From contig JBFEOQ010000003.1 of the NCBI GenBank assembly GCA_041550515.1, forward strand, positions 2,537 through 66,536: DNA of 64,000 bases. The letters are read 5' to 3'. Origin of the DNA: Thermoplasmatota archaeon (lineage in GTDB: Archaea; Thermoplasmatota; E2; DHVEG-1). A program made the position numbers and the translations under genes. The notes under the pieces were generated by a model. That model worked only from the letters and a program-made list of their open reading frames with translations. It was not told the origin of the DNA and made no database searches. Of this stretch, positions 11,553 through 25,456 are shown piece after piece. The first letter of the stretch is position 1; every line of letters starts with the position of its first letter.

Positions 11553-11873
11553 GAGAAAGAAAAATTTTAACTAAGAAATTCAAACCAAAAAAGCTTAAAC
11601 AAAATATCAACTAAAATAATAAAATTAAGTCTACTAAAATTATTAGTTTCGACAATATTCTATTATTTTCTTTTCTAAATTTTTAATATATTAATCAATA
11701 AAATAAGCATTTTGTTAATAATTGATAACATAAAAATCGTCAATAGTCTATAAAGATTAAGGCAAAATTTTTATATACATATTATATGTTAAAATAGGGA
11801 GCTGATAAGCAATTTGTTTTTATGAAGTCTCCTCACCGGGCTTCTCTTGAAAATAATTGCTTACCTAACTCCT

Positions 11874-12290
11874 TTAATCTTTTGAAACTTGTTTATTATT
11901 ATTAAAAATGATTTTCTGCTCAATAGACATAAACCATGAATATAGACCTTCAACAGTTTTAGTTGTTGCTTTTGTAGCAAATAATTCTCTATAATACAAA
12001 TTACATTTGACACGACCTTCAAGATTTCTCTCGATTGTATGGCAAATATAACCACCTTTTCTATCCCAGTCTGTTAGTAAAATTATTTCTTTGTATTTAT
12101 TAGCTATTTTATCACAAAAATCAATAATTGATAAACCAGAATTTACAGTTATAATTTCACCGATGATACCAAGTTTTTTAAGTGAAAAAACATCTTTATC
12201 ACCCTCAACAACAATAGGTATTTTTTTATTTTCTTCAATAAGTTCAAATAGTCCTTTTTCAATCTCTTGAAAATTTTTTTTATAATCCAT
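11874..12290 (-). CDS. Small Toprim-domain protein (archaeal UPF0292 / RNase M5-like)
   Basis: 138 aa with Toprim signatures IVVEGDKD and LTDWDRKGG. Confidence 0.7.
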   Translation of the reverse strand: MDYKKNFQEIEKGLFELIEENKKIPIVVEGDKDVFSLKKLGIIGEIITVNSGLSIIDFCDKIANKYKEIILLTDWDRKGGYICHTIERNLEGRVKCNLYYRELFATKATTKTVEGLYSWFMSIEQKIIFNNNKQVSKD

Positions 12291-12603
12291 TAAGTGATTC
12301 CCTCAATTTATTCGATACAAAGTCAGTTGTTACACCTTTAAGAACAATTGTTTTCTTGGAATTTTTAGCACCAGTTAAAATAAAAACATCATTTACTGAT
12401 TTTTTAAAAAATTTAGCAACTGTTTTTATAACTTCATTATTCGCTCTGTTTTCAAATGCTGGTGATTTAACCTTTATTTCTATACATTTACGCCATTCAT
12501 TAATCCCCGCAGGGAAGATAGTATATAAAGTATCCGTTGTAACAAAAAGATTTAAAATCGCACCATCATGGTGTTTTTTAACAATCTCCTTTAATTTCCC
12601 CAT
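12280..12603 (-). CDS. DUF167 / YggU-family (UPF0235) protein
   Basis: 107 aa. The pattern ...IKVKSPAFENRANNEVIKTVAKFF...VFILTGAKNSKKTIVLKG is typical of YggU-like proteins. It overlaps the downstream Toprim gene by 11 nt. Confidence 0.65.
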   Translation of the reverse strand: MGKLKEIVKKHHDGAILNLFVTTDTLYTIFPAGINEWRKCIEIKVKSPAFENRANNEVIKTVAKFFKKSVNDVFILTGAKNSKKTIVLKGVTTDFVSNKLRESLNGL

Positions 12604-12691
12604 TCCAATTGATATTTCTAATATTTTGTTTATTTAAATAATTATGCTAAATTAATTATCAAGATAAAAAAAGAAAAAAATTTTAGAAATT

Positions 12692-16852
<4,161 letters not shown>

Positions 16853-16853
<1 letters not shown>

Positions 16854-18127
16854 TATTTGCCCCCCAATGCCATATTAACAATACGTGTCATATGCGTCTC
16901 GGGACCATATACATCAATTGGAATTCCTAATTCTTTTCCAAGTTCTTTCATAATGCGAAGACCTTCCTGATAGTTAGGTCCTCCTCGTCGTACATATATT
17001 TTCACATTTGTATCCTTAAGTTTCTTTTTATAATCCCGTAGTGCCATAGTAATGCCTGTAAATGTCTTTGCAACATCAGTAAAGTTTGCAATACCACCAC
17101 CAACTAGTAAGAACTTTGGTCGTCCTTTTGGATCTTTCTCACGAGTCATTAAATCAAGAATAGTTTTTGCATATTCATATGTAAGATCCGTTGTCGGATT
17201 ACCACTGTATTCACCATAATTTGCTAGTTCATCTCTGTAGCCTAAATCAACGATAGTATCAGTATAAATTACACTACCTCCACCACCTGCGACCATGGTC
17301 CAAACGCGACCTTTGGGATTTAGAACGGTGAGTTTGAGTGATGCACCACTTTTTTCATCCATTGTCTTGACATATTGTTCTTCCTTGGATAGTTTTCGTC
17401 CGAATGGTGCTGGAAATGTAAGATCTCCCCATTTTTCACTACTTTCAAAATGACCTGTATCATCAAGCCTTGCAACAAGGTCAAGTGGTATAATGTTTTT
17501 TCCAGTTACAACAAATGGATTTATTTCAAGATATGCATAGTTAAGTTCTCTGTAGAATTTGTAAAGTCCTTTAATGAATTCTGCAAACATTTTCTTATTT
17601 TGCTTCGATGTGTCTTTTGGAAGCTTGTTTTCGATATTAATTTTTTCAATGTCTTGATTAACGTTGACTTGGATTTCTGCAACTGTTTTCCAGACTGATT
17701 CGATATCTACTCCTCCGTGGTTCGAGAAGTATATTGTATCGCCTTCACGGTTGCTTTTTATTGCAACATAAAATTCTCCTTCATGAGGTATAAAAGGTTC
17801 GATGATAAAATGAGTCAATATTCCTGTTACTTTTCCGATTTTTGTTTCTTTGTTCATGTATTCTTTGATCCATTTTTTAGCTTCGGCAAAATTTACATTT
17901 GCTTTAATTAATCCATGTTTTCCACGTTTACCAAAAAGCTGATCAGGTTTTACCACTAGCTTTTCTTCTTTTAACCATTTATATTTTTTTGGAAGATCAT
18001 CAAGTTTTGTTTTTGGATCTACCAAAACAATTTTTCCAGGGAAATTAAAATCTTTACCGAAATACTCTTTCCAGTATTTAGCAAGCATTTTCTTCCCATC
18101 ATATTCTCTAATTCCTCTTTGTGCCAT
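16853..18127 (-). CDS. aclB: ATP-citrate lyase beta subunit (ATP-grasp)
   Basis: The N-terminus [15 protein letters not shown].. is ACLY-like, followed by an ATP-grasp fold and the [11 protein letters not shown] motif. I prefer the ATG at 18127, which has GAGGG upstream, over the TTG at 18142. Confidence 0.9.
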
Positions 18128-18148
18128 AATTTTTTCCCTCAATTTTTT

Positions 18149-20098
18149 TTATTTGGATTTCTCTCTCATATATGCAAGAGTACCTCCTGCAAGAATTATT
18201 TCACGTTGTCTATCTGAGAGATTATATTCTACTTCAAATTCAGTTCCTTTAGTTTTATTTTTTACCTTTAAAACTCCACCATCTTTAATTGTGTTTATTA
18301 CATCAGGTATTTCTATGTCATCCCCCTGATCGATTTTGTTATAATCAATTTCGTTTTTAAAAGTCAAAGGTATTATTCCAAAATTTATCAAGTTAGCAGT
18401 ATGAATTCTTTCAAATGATTTTGCTATGACCGCTTTTGTCCCCATATACATTGGACAAAGTGCTGCATGCTCACGAGATGAACCCTGTCCATAACTTAAT
18501 CCTGCAACAAAAATGTTGTGTTTACCACTATCTCTTATCTTTTTTGCCCTTTCATAAAATTTATCATCTATTACCTCAAATAAAAATTCTGAATATTTTG
18601 GGACATTAGATCTATATTTCATCTTACTTCCTGCAGGAATTATATGGTCTGTTGTAATTTGATCTTCTACTTTTATTGTGACTTCTCCAGTTATTTTGTC
18701 AGGCATTGGTAAACTATCGGGTGGATTACCAATATTTGGTCCCCGATAGATCTTTATTTTTTCTCCATTTTTTGGGGGATAAATAAACATAGTATCATCA
18801 ATATAAAATTTATCTGGCATTTCTACTTCTGGATATGTAATTCCTATTTTTTCTAAATCTCTAGGATCAGTCATTTTACCAGTTATAACTGCAGCCGCCG
18901 CAGTTTCTGGACTTACTAGATAAACATTTGCACTTTTTGTACCAGATCTCCCTAAAAAATTTCTATTACTTGTTCGAAGAGATATTGCTTCAGTTTTTGG
19001 AGATTGACTATTTCCGATACAAAAACCACATGCAGATTCGGCAATGCGGGCGCCGGCCGAAATCATATTTGTTAGACCACCATCTTTTTCAATATTTTGA
19101 AGTACTTGTCTTGAACCAGGTGCAATAACAAAGCTAACATTGGTATTTGTAACCTTACCATCTAGAATTTTTGCTACTCTCATAAGATCTCTGTATGAAG
19201 AGTTAGTGCAACTTCCAAGACAAACCTGATCCACTTCTATTCCTTCAAGTTCTTTTACTTTTTTTATATTTCCAGGACTATGTGGTGTAGATGCTAATGG
19301 TTCAAGTTCACTAAGATTAATTTCAACTATTTTATCGTAAATAGCATCCTCATCAGCTTTAATTTCAATCCAATCTTTTTCTCTTCCTTGTGCTTTTAAA
19401 AATTCTTTTGTTATCTCATCGCTTGGAAAAACACTTGTTGTAACACCGCATTCTGCACCCATGTTTGTAATTGTTGCTCGCTCTGGTACAGATAGTGTTT
19501 TAACCCCAGATCCTGAATATTCAAATACTGTTCCAACGTTTCCTTTTGTTGTAAATATTTCAAGTACCTTTAAAATTAAATCTTTTGCGGACACCCAGGG
19601 TTTAAGTTTACCTGTTAAATTTATTTTTGTTATTTTAGGATAGATCATATAAAATGGTCCACCAGCCATTGCAACTGCTACATCAAGACCACCTGCACCT
19701 ATTGCAATCATGCCAATTCCCCCGCCAGTTGGTGTGTGCGAATCAGAACCAAGAAGCGTTTTACCAGGTTTACCAAATCGCTCTAGATGTACTTGGTGGC
19801 ATATTCCATTTCCTCCGCGTGAATATATAATTCCATATTTTGCAGCTACACTTTGTAAGTATTTATGGTCATCAGCGTTTTCAAAGCCAATTTGTACAGT
19901 ATTATGATCAACATAGCTAACTGATAACTCTGTTTTAACTTTTGAAACATTCATCGCTTCAAATTGAAGATATGCCATCGTACCTGTTGCGTCTTGAGTA
20001 AGGGTTTGATCTATTTTTATACCTACTTCTTTACCTCTTTCAGCTTTTCCTTTTATTATATGTTTATTTAACATTTTTTCAGTTATTGTAAGTCCCAT
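18149..20098 (-). CDS. acn: Aconitate hydratase (fused large+small domain, about 650-aa type)
   Basis: Aconitase cluster and substrate motifs GSDSHT, GSCTNSS and ACGFCIGN, plus a C-terminal swivel domain. Confidence 0.9.
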   Translation of the reverse strand: MGLTITEKMLNKHIIKGKAERGKEVGIKIDQTLTQDATGTMAYLQFEAMNVSKVKTELSVSYVDHNTVQIGFENADDHKYLQSVAAKYGIIYSRGGNGICHQVHLERFGKPGKTLLGSDSHTPTGGGIGMIAIGAGGLDVAVAMAGGPFYMIYPKITKINLTGKLKPWVSAKDLILKVLEIFTTKGNVGTVFEYSGSGVKTLSVPERATITNMGAECGVTTSVFPSDEITKEFLKAQGREKDWIEIKADEDAIYDKIVEINLSELEPLASTPHSPGNIKKVKELEGIEVDQVCLGSCTNSSYRDLMRVAKILDGKVTNTNVSFVIAPGSRQVLQNIEKDGGLTNMISAGARIAESACGFCIGNSQSPKTEAISLRTSNRNFLGRSGTKSANVYLVSPETAAAAVITGKMTDPRDLEKIGITYPEVEMPDKFYIDDTMFIYPPKNGEKIKIYRGPNIGNPPDSLPMPDKITGEVTIKVEDQITTDHIIPAGSKMKYRSNVPKYSEFLFEVIDDKFYERAKKIRDSGKHNIFVAGLSYGQGSSREHAALCPMYMGTKAVIAKSFERIHTANLINFGIIPLTFKNEIDYNKIDQGDDIEIPDVINTIKDGGVLKVKNKTKGTEFEVEYNLSDRQREIILAGGTLAYMREKSK

Positions 20099-20551
20099 AA
20101 TTCACCGCCCCATAATTTTGATTTCTTTCGGAGAATGATAAATTATTTAATAAATTTTTGTATTTAATTTTAAAAGTACAGGATAAAAATAAAATAAAAA
20201 TAAAAACTATAATTTTTTAATTTGCTATAAAAATTACTATAAAACTTAATATACTATTGTTTTAAACATTATAGTTTTTTGGTTTAAATATTATAATTCG
20301 AAAAAATAAAATTCAATTTTTTTATCTAACTACATACAAACTTAAAAAAATTAATATATCCAATTGAAAATATATTAATGCTTAACAATAAATTTTGTTA
20401 TTATATTGATTAGTAATATGGAGAAAATATACATAAAATACTTATACTAAAATAGTATTCGAGCAACGCATTTAAGGTTTATTTTATCCTTAATTTAAGC
20501 CTATGAAAAATGGAAGGGGGACACTTAAAAATAAATTGGGAGTGACAATAT
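20099..20551. promoter_or_regulatory. Divergent promoter region between the acn-aclBA-icd operon and acs
   Basis: A 453-bp non-coding AT-rich spacer between two divergently oriented, strongly supported genes. GGGAGTGA lies 8 nt upstream of the acs ATG. The exact TATA/BRE elements are not resolvable by eye. Confidence 0.5.
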
Positions 20552-22498
20552 ATGCCTGAAGAGGAGATAATCCAAGTTTATAAGCCTGACCCTGACTTTA
20601 GCTATAAAGCATACATTAAAAATATGCATGAATATAAAAATATGTATGAAGAGTCCATAAAAGATCCTGATAATTTTTGGAGTAAGCTTGCTACAGAACA
20701 TGTATCCTGGTATAAAAAATGGAATAAAGTACAGGAATATGATTTTAAAAAAGGGAATATAAAATGGTTTGATGGTGCAAAACTAAATGTTTCTTATAAT
20801 TGCCTTGATCGTCATGTTGAAAATGGTCACGGTGATGATATCGCAATTATTTGGGAAGGAAATGAACCGACTCTAGAAAAGAAATTTACATATAAACAAC
20901 TTCTTGATGAAGTTCAAAAATTTACCAATGTATTAGAATCTAAGGGAGTAAAAAAAGGGGATCGTGTTTGTATTTATTTACAAATGTTACCTGAACTTGT
21001 AATTTCAATGCTTGCTTGTACTCGTATCGGTGCTATTCATTCTATTGTTTTTGGAGGTTTTTCAGCTGAATCACTACGTGATAGAATAAATGATTCAAGT
21101 TGTAAAATTTTAATTACTCAGGATCAAGGTTTTCGTGGTGGTAAACCACTACCTATGAAACAAGTAGCTGATAAAGCCTTACAAAGCTGTCCTTCTATTG
21201 AATCAGTAATTGTTGTAAAACGTATTGGAGAAAATGTTGATTGGTTTGATAAAGACTACTGGTGGCATGAAGAAATGAAAAAAGTAGAGCCAATTTGTCC
21301 TCCAGAAAAAATGGATTCAGAAGACCCTTTATTTATTTTATATACATCTGGCTCAACTGGTAAACCTAAAGGTGTATTACATACAACAGGTGGATACCTT
21401 GTTTTCGTATCTGTAACTCATAAATATATTTTTGACTATCATCCGGGAGATATATACTGGTGTACAGCCGATATAGGCTGGGTTACAGGACATTCGTATA
21501 TAGTTTATGGACCGTTATGTAACAAAGCAACAACTATTATTTTTGAGGGAGTTCCAAACTATCCTGATTGGGGTCGTTTCTGGGCTATCTGTGAAAAATA
21601 TAAAGTAAACATATTTTACACTGCACCTACAGCTCTTCGTGCACTTATGAAAGAAGGAGATGAATGGGTTAAAAAATATAATCTCAATTCGCTTAAACTA
21701 CTTGGTAGTGTTGGTGAGCCAATAAAATTACAAGAATGGAAATGGTATTACAACCTTGTAGGTGGTGGACGTTGTCCAATAGTTGATACTTGGTGGCAAA
21801 CTGAAACCGGCGGTATCCTTATCACACCAATCCCGGGTGCGACACCACTTAAGCCGGGTAGTGCATCTTTTCCCTTTTTTGGTGTTGAACCCGCTTTACT
21901 TGATGATAAAGGAAAGGAATTAATAGGAAATGATGTTTCTGGCAATCTTGTAATCAAATCAGCATGGCCTGGTATAATGAGAACTGTTTACGGTGATCAT
22001 GAACGTTTTAGAAAAACTTATTTTTCAATTTATCCTGGTTACTTTTTCACTGGTGATGGTTGTCTAAGAGATGAAGACGGTTATTACTGGATAACTGGTC
22101 GAGTTGATGATGTTATTAATGTTTCAGGTCATCGTATTGGCACTGCTGAAATTGAAGGGGCAATTGGTAAACATTCAAAAGTAGCAGAAGCTGCAGTTGT
22201 TGGTTTCCCTCATGAAATAAAAGGTCAGGGAATCTATGCTTATGTAACTTTAAAAACTGGTGAGAAATTTGATCAAAATCTAACGAAAGAGCTTATTGGT
22301 ATGGTTAGACAAGAAATAGGACCTATTGCAACTCCAGATAAAATTCAATATACTGATGGACTTCCAAAAACTCGATCCGGTAAAATTATGAGGCGTATTC
22401 TACGAAAAATTGCAGATGGAAATGTTAGTCAAATTGGTGACACTAGTACATTAGCTGATCCAAGTATTGTAGATTCACTTGTAAAAAATAGGCAGTAA
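20552..22498 (+). CDS. acs: Acetyl-CoA synthetase (AMP-forming)
   Basis: 648 aa. [11 protein letters not shown], the canonical Acs N-terminal region and the C-terminal [11 protein letters not shown] with the acetylatable Lys. Confidence 0.95.
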   Translation: MPEEEIIQVYKPDPDFSYKAYIKNMHEYKNMYEESIKDPDNFWSKLATEHVSWYKKWNKVQEYDFKKGNIKWFDGAKLNVSYNCLDRHVENGHGDDIAIIWEGNEPTLEKKFTYKQLLDEVQKFTNVLESKGVKKGDRVCIYLQMLPELVISMLACTRIGAIHSIVFGGFSAESLRDRINDSSCKILITQDQGFRGGKPLPMKQVADKALQSCPSIESVIVVKRIGENVDWFDKDYWWHEEMKKVEPICPPEKMDSEDPLFILYTSGSTGKPKGVLHTTGGYLVFVSVTHKYIFDYHPGDIYWCTADIGWVTGHSYIVYGPLCNKATTIIFEGVPNYPDWGRFWAICEKYKVNIFYTAPTALRALMKEGDEWVKKYNLNSLKLLGSVGEPIKLQEWKWYYNLVGGGRCPIVDTWWQTETGGILITPIPGATPLKPGSASFPFFGVEPALLDDKGKELIGNDVSGNLVIKSAWPGIMRTVYGDHERFRKTYFSIYPGYFFTGDGCLRDEDGYYWITGRVDDVINVSGHRIGTAEIEGAIGKHSKVAEAAVVGFPHEIKGQGIYAYVTLKTGEKFDQNLTKELIGMVRQEIGPIATPDKIQYTDGLPKTRSGKIMRRILRKIADGNVSQIGDTSTLADPSIVDSLVKNRQ

Positions 22499-22628
22499 AT
22501 TCTTCTATCTAAAAATCCTATTTTAATACAAAAAATCTTTTCTATACTAATTGATACCATTGTGATTATAACAATGAAAAAATTTCTAAGATCAATTTAT
22601 ACAAACCATATTAAAATTATTTTAAGAG

Positions 22629-23450
22629 GTGATAAAAATTACGTTAGACTATAATGAAGTTACAATTGTAATAAAAGATTTCATTCAATCATATTTTGAA
22701 AACTCTGGTTGTAAAGGGGTAGTGATTGGTCTCTCAGGTGGTGTTGATTCTGCAATAACAGCAATTCTTTGTAGAAGAGTTTTAGGTAAAAATAAAACTT
22801 ATTGTCTTTTTATACCTGATGATACAACCCCTGAAATTGATATTAAACATCAGAAAATTCTTATTGAAAAATATGATTTGTCATGTAAAACAAAAAATAT
22901 AACAGAAATAATAAAAAATATGACAAAAACTTGTATTATTAAACCAGAAAAAATTGCACTCGCAAATATGAAAGCCCGAATCCGTATGATTCTCTTATAC
23001 GAATATGCAAATATGACAAATTCATTAGTTTGTGGGACTTGTAACAAATCTGAATTATTAATTGGTTATTTTACAAAGTATGGTGATGGGGCTGCAGATA
23101 TAGTGCCAATAGGGGATTTATATAAAACCCAGATTTTTCAACTAGCAGAATTTTTAAAAATACCAAGGGCAATAATTTACAAAACACCAACTGCCGGCTT
23201 AATTAAAGATCAAACTGATGAAAAAGAACTTGGTTTTAAATATGAAATTCTTGATAAGGTCCTCATTGGTATAGAACAAAAGCAAACTATTTCTGATATT
23301 GCAAAAAATACTAGTTTAAAAAGATCTGATGTCGAAAAGATTAAATTCATGTGTATTAAAACTCAACATAAAAGATGCAATCCTTTAATTCCTAAAATTA
23401 GTGGAAAAACTCCTGGTTTTGATTGGCGTTCACCAATTCAAGAAGGATAG
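22629..23450 (+). CDS. nadE: NH3-dependent NAD+ synthetase
   Basis: PP-loop GLSGGVDS and ...YGDG..D..PIGDLYKTQ. GTG start. Confidence 0.85.
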   Translation: MIKITLDYNEVTIVIKDFIQSYFENSGCKGVVIGLSGGVDSAITAILCRRVLGKNKTYCLFIPDDTTPEIDIKHQKILIEKYDLSCKTKNITEIIKNMTKTCIIKPEKIALANMKARIRMILLYEYANMTNSLVCGTCNKSELLIGYFTKYGDGAADIVPIGDLYKTQIFQLAEFLKIPRAIIYKTPTAGLIKDQTDEKELGFKYEILDKVLIGIEQKQTISDIAKNTSLKRSDVEKIKFMCIKTQHKRCNPLIPKISGKTPGFDWRSPIQEG

Positions 23451-23457
23451 ATATACT

Positions 23458-24510
23458 TTAATATATATATAATAATATCCCAAATAATATACTATTTAAT
23501 ATATTTGAAACTCTTAATGGAACTTCAATATTACGAAATTTTGAGTGATATTCAACCTTAACATTTTCTTCCAACCAGACATCTCCATTAATTACGGATA
23601 TATTTCTATAATTACAATCTGGATAACTTTTATCATCTACTTTATTTGCTTTTGATTGAACAAAAAGTGTAGTATAATTAGAAGCATTTATTGGATAATC
23701 AGAATATCTATTTTCATTACTGTCAAAAACTCTAGAATAATGAGTATGACCTGTCAACACAAGATCAACATCATTTTTCTCACAAAGTTCAATAAAAACT
23801 TCTCTATTATTTAATAATATATTAGACATTTCACCATCACTTTTTCTATCATTTATTGCTGGGTGATGCATTAAAACAATTTTATAATCTGAGCTACAAT
23901 TATTCAATTTTTCTTTTAACCATTTTATATCTGCATTTTCTAAACCACGCGCAAAAACATCTAACCAATATTTAGGTTTTTTAAAATAGTGCGGTCCTGA
24001 ATCTAAGAAAAACAAAGTCATATCTTCATAAGTTATAATATATTTTCTTTCATTGGTTATATAACTTTGATAATTATCTAAATTCCAATTAAAATAATAA
24101 TCATGATTACCCGGTGTAAAATAAACAGGAATTAAACAATCTGAATCTATGTAATATTGATTACTTTCTTTAAAAAAACAACTTACTAAAGTCTCATAAT
24201 TAGAAGAACCAGATTCGCCACTACCCCATTCTACAAGATCTCCAGTAATAATTAAAAATGCTGGTTTATTCTCAAATGAATTAATTTCACTTAAAACTTT
24301 TATAAAACGATCTTTACTATATCCATTATAAATATTACCAAATGATTCAGTCATAATATGAATATCAGTCATATGAATAAAATAAAAATCAGAATTCTCC
24401 TTTTTATCAATATTATTATAATTAATATGTAAGCTATTTACATTATAACTAGAAATGAATAATAAACAAATAAAAAAAATTGTTATATAACTAGAATTCT
24501 TCTCACTCAT
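23458..24510 (-). CDS. Secreted/membrane-anchored calcineurin-like metallophosphoesterase
   Basis: Motifs HMTDIH, GDLVE, GNHD, MHHP and GHTH, with an N-terminal signal/anchor and a C-terminal hydrophobic tail. Confidence 0.75.
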   Translation of the reverse strand: MSEKNSSYITIFFICLLFISSYNVNSLHINYNNIDKKENSDFYFIHMTDIHIMTESFGNIYNGYSKDRFIKVLSEINSFENKPAFLIITGDLVEWGSGESGSSNYETLVSCFFKESNQYYIDSDCLIPVYFTPGNHDYYFNWNLDNYQSYITNERKYIITYEDMTLFFLDSGPHYFKKPKYWLDVFARGLENADIKWLKEKLNNCSSDYKIVLMHHPAINDRKSDGEMSNILLNNREVFIELCEKNDVDLVLTGHTHYSRVFDSNENRYSDYPINASNYTTLFVQSKANKVDDKSYPDCNYRNISVINGDVWLEENVKVEYHSKFRNIEVPLRVSNILNSILFGILLYIY

Positions 24511-24549
24511 ATATTAATAAGAGTAAAATATAGTATTTATATATTTCTT

Positions 24550-25452
24550 TTAGCTTAAAATTAATTTTTCTCCTGTAATCTTTTCATACGCTTCCTTATA
24601 TTTAAGTTGGGTCTCAGTAATTACTTCAGCGGGTAAATGAGGAGGATCGCTATTTTTATCCCAATCAGTACTATTTAAATAATCACGAACATACTGTTTA
24701 TCAAAACTAAGTTGACTTTTACCTGGTTCATATAAATCAGCCGGCCAAAAACGAGAACTATCAGGCGTTAATACTTCATCAACAACTATTATCTGATCAC
24801 CAATTTTACCAAACTCAAACTTAGTATCAGCGATAATAATACCTTTTTTTAAAGAATATTCTGATCCTTTGTTGTATAATTTAAGAGAAAATTCCTTTAG
24901 TTTTTCGGCATCATTTTTTCCTATTAGTTTTTTCATTTCATCAAAGGATATATTAATATCATGACCAGTATCTGCTTTTGTACTAGGTGTAAAAAGCGGC
25001 GCTTCAAATTTATCAGATTCTTTTAAACCTGTAGGTAATTTTATACCACAAACAGTTCTATCTTTTTGATAACTTTTCCATGCAGAACCAGAAAGATAGC
25101 CACGAACTATACACTCGATAGGAAAAACATTTGCTTTTTTAACAATCATACTTCTACCATTTAGAATATTTGCATATGATTTAATCTTTTCAGGGAAATC
25201 CTCAACATCTGTACTGATTACATGACTAGGAATTGTATTTTTAAAGTAATCAAACCAGAATTTAGAAATCTGGGTAAGATATATCCCTTTTTTTGGAATT
25301 GGTTCATGAAGAATAAAATCAAAAGCACTGATTCTATCGGTTACAATTAATAGTAATTTATCACCTAGATCATATACATCTCTTACCTTTCCTTTTTTAA
25401 AAGCTTTTAAAGGTAACTCCGTTTTAATTACAGCAGTCATTTTTTTCTCCAT
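24550..25452 (-). CDS. purC: SAICAR synthase
   Basis: GKVRDVYDLGDKLLLIVTDRISAFD. I use the ATG at 25452 (MEKKMTAV...); the longer ORF-track start would overlap metG. Confidence 0.9.
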   Translation of the reverse strand: MEKKMTAVIKTELPLKAFKKGKVRDVYDLGDKLLLIVTDRISAFDFILHEPIPKKGIYLTQISKFWFDYFKNTIPSHVISTDVEDFPEKIKSYANILNGRSMIVKKANVFPIECIVRGYLSGSAWKSYQKDRTVCGIKLPTGLKESDKFEAPLFTPSTKADTGHDINISFDEMKKLIGKNDAEKLKEFSLKLYNKGSEYSLKKGIIIADTKFEFGKIGDQIIVVDEVLTPDSSRFWPADLYEPGKSQLSFDKQYVRDYLNSTDWDKNSDPPHLPAEVITETQLKYKEAYEKITGEKLILS

Positions 25453-25456
25453 TAAA

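Noticed and set aside
11013-11873. A replication origin in the long AT-rich gap.
   Set aside because: There is no adjacent cdc6/orc1 gene and I could not find repeated ORB-like boxes. AT-richness alone is uninformative in this genome.
20183-20207. The ATAAAA/TAAAAA run in the acn/acs spacer, read as a microsatellite.
   Set aside because: It is an imperfect low-complexity A/T tract with no clear unit periodicity, typical of archaeal promoter-region composition.
22574-22654. A 26-aa ORF (MKKFLRSIYTNHIKIILRGDKNYVRL) overlapping the nadE start, considered as a possible leader peptide.
   Set aside because: It has no RBS and no recognisable regulatory logic for nadE. It is very AT-rich and most likely fortuitous.
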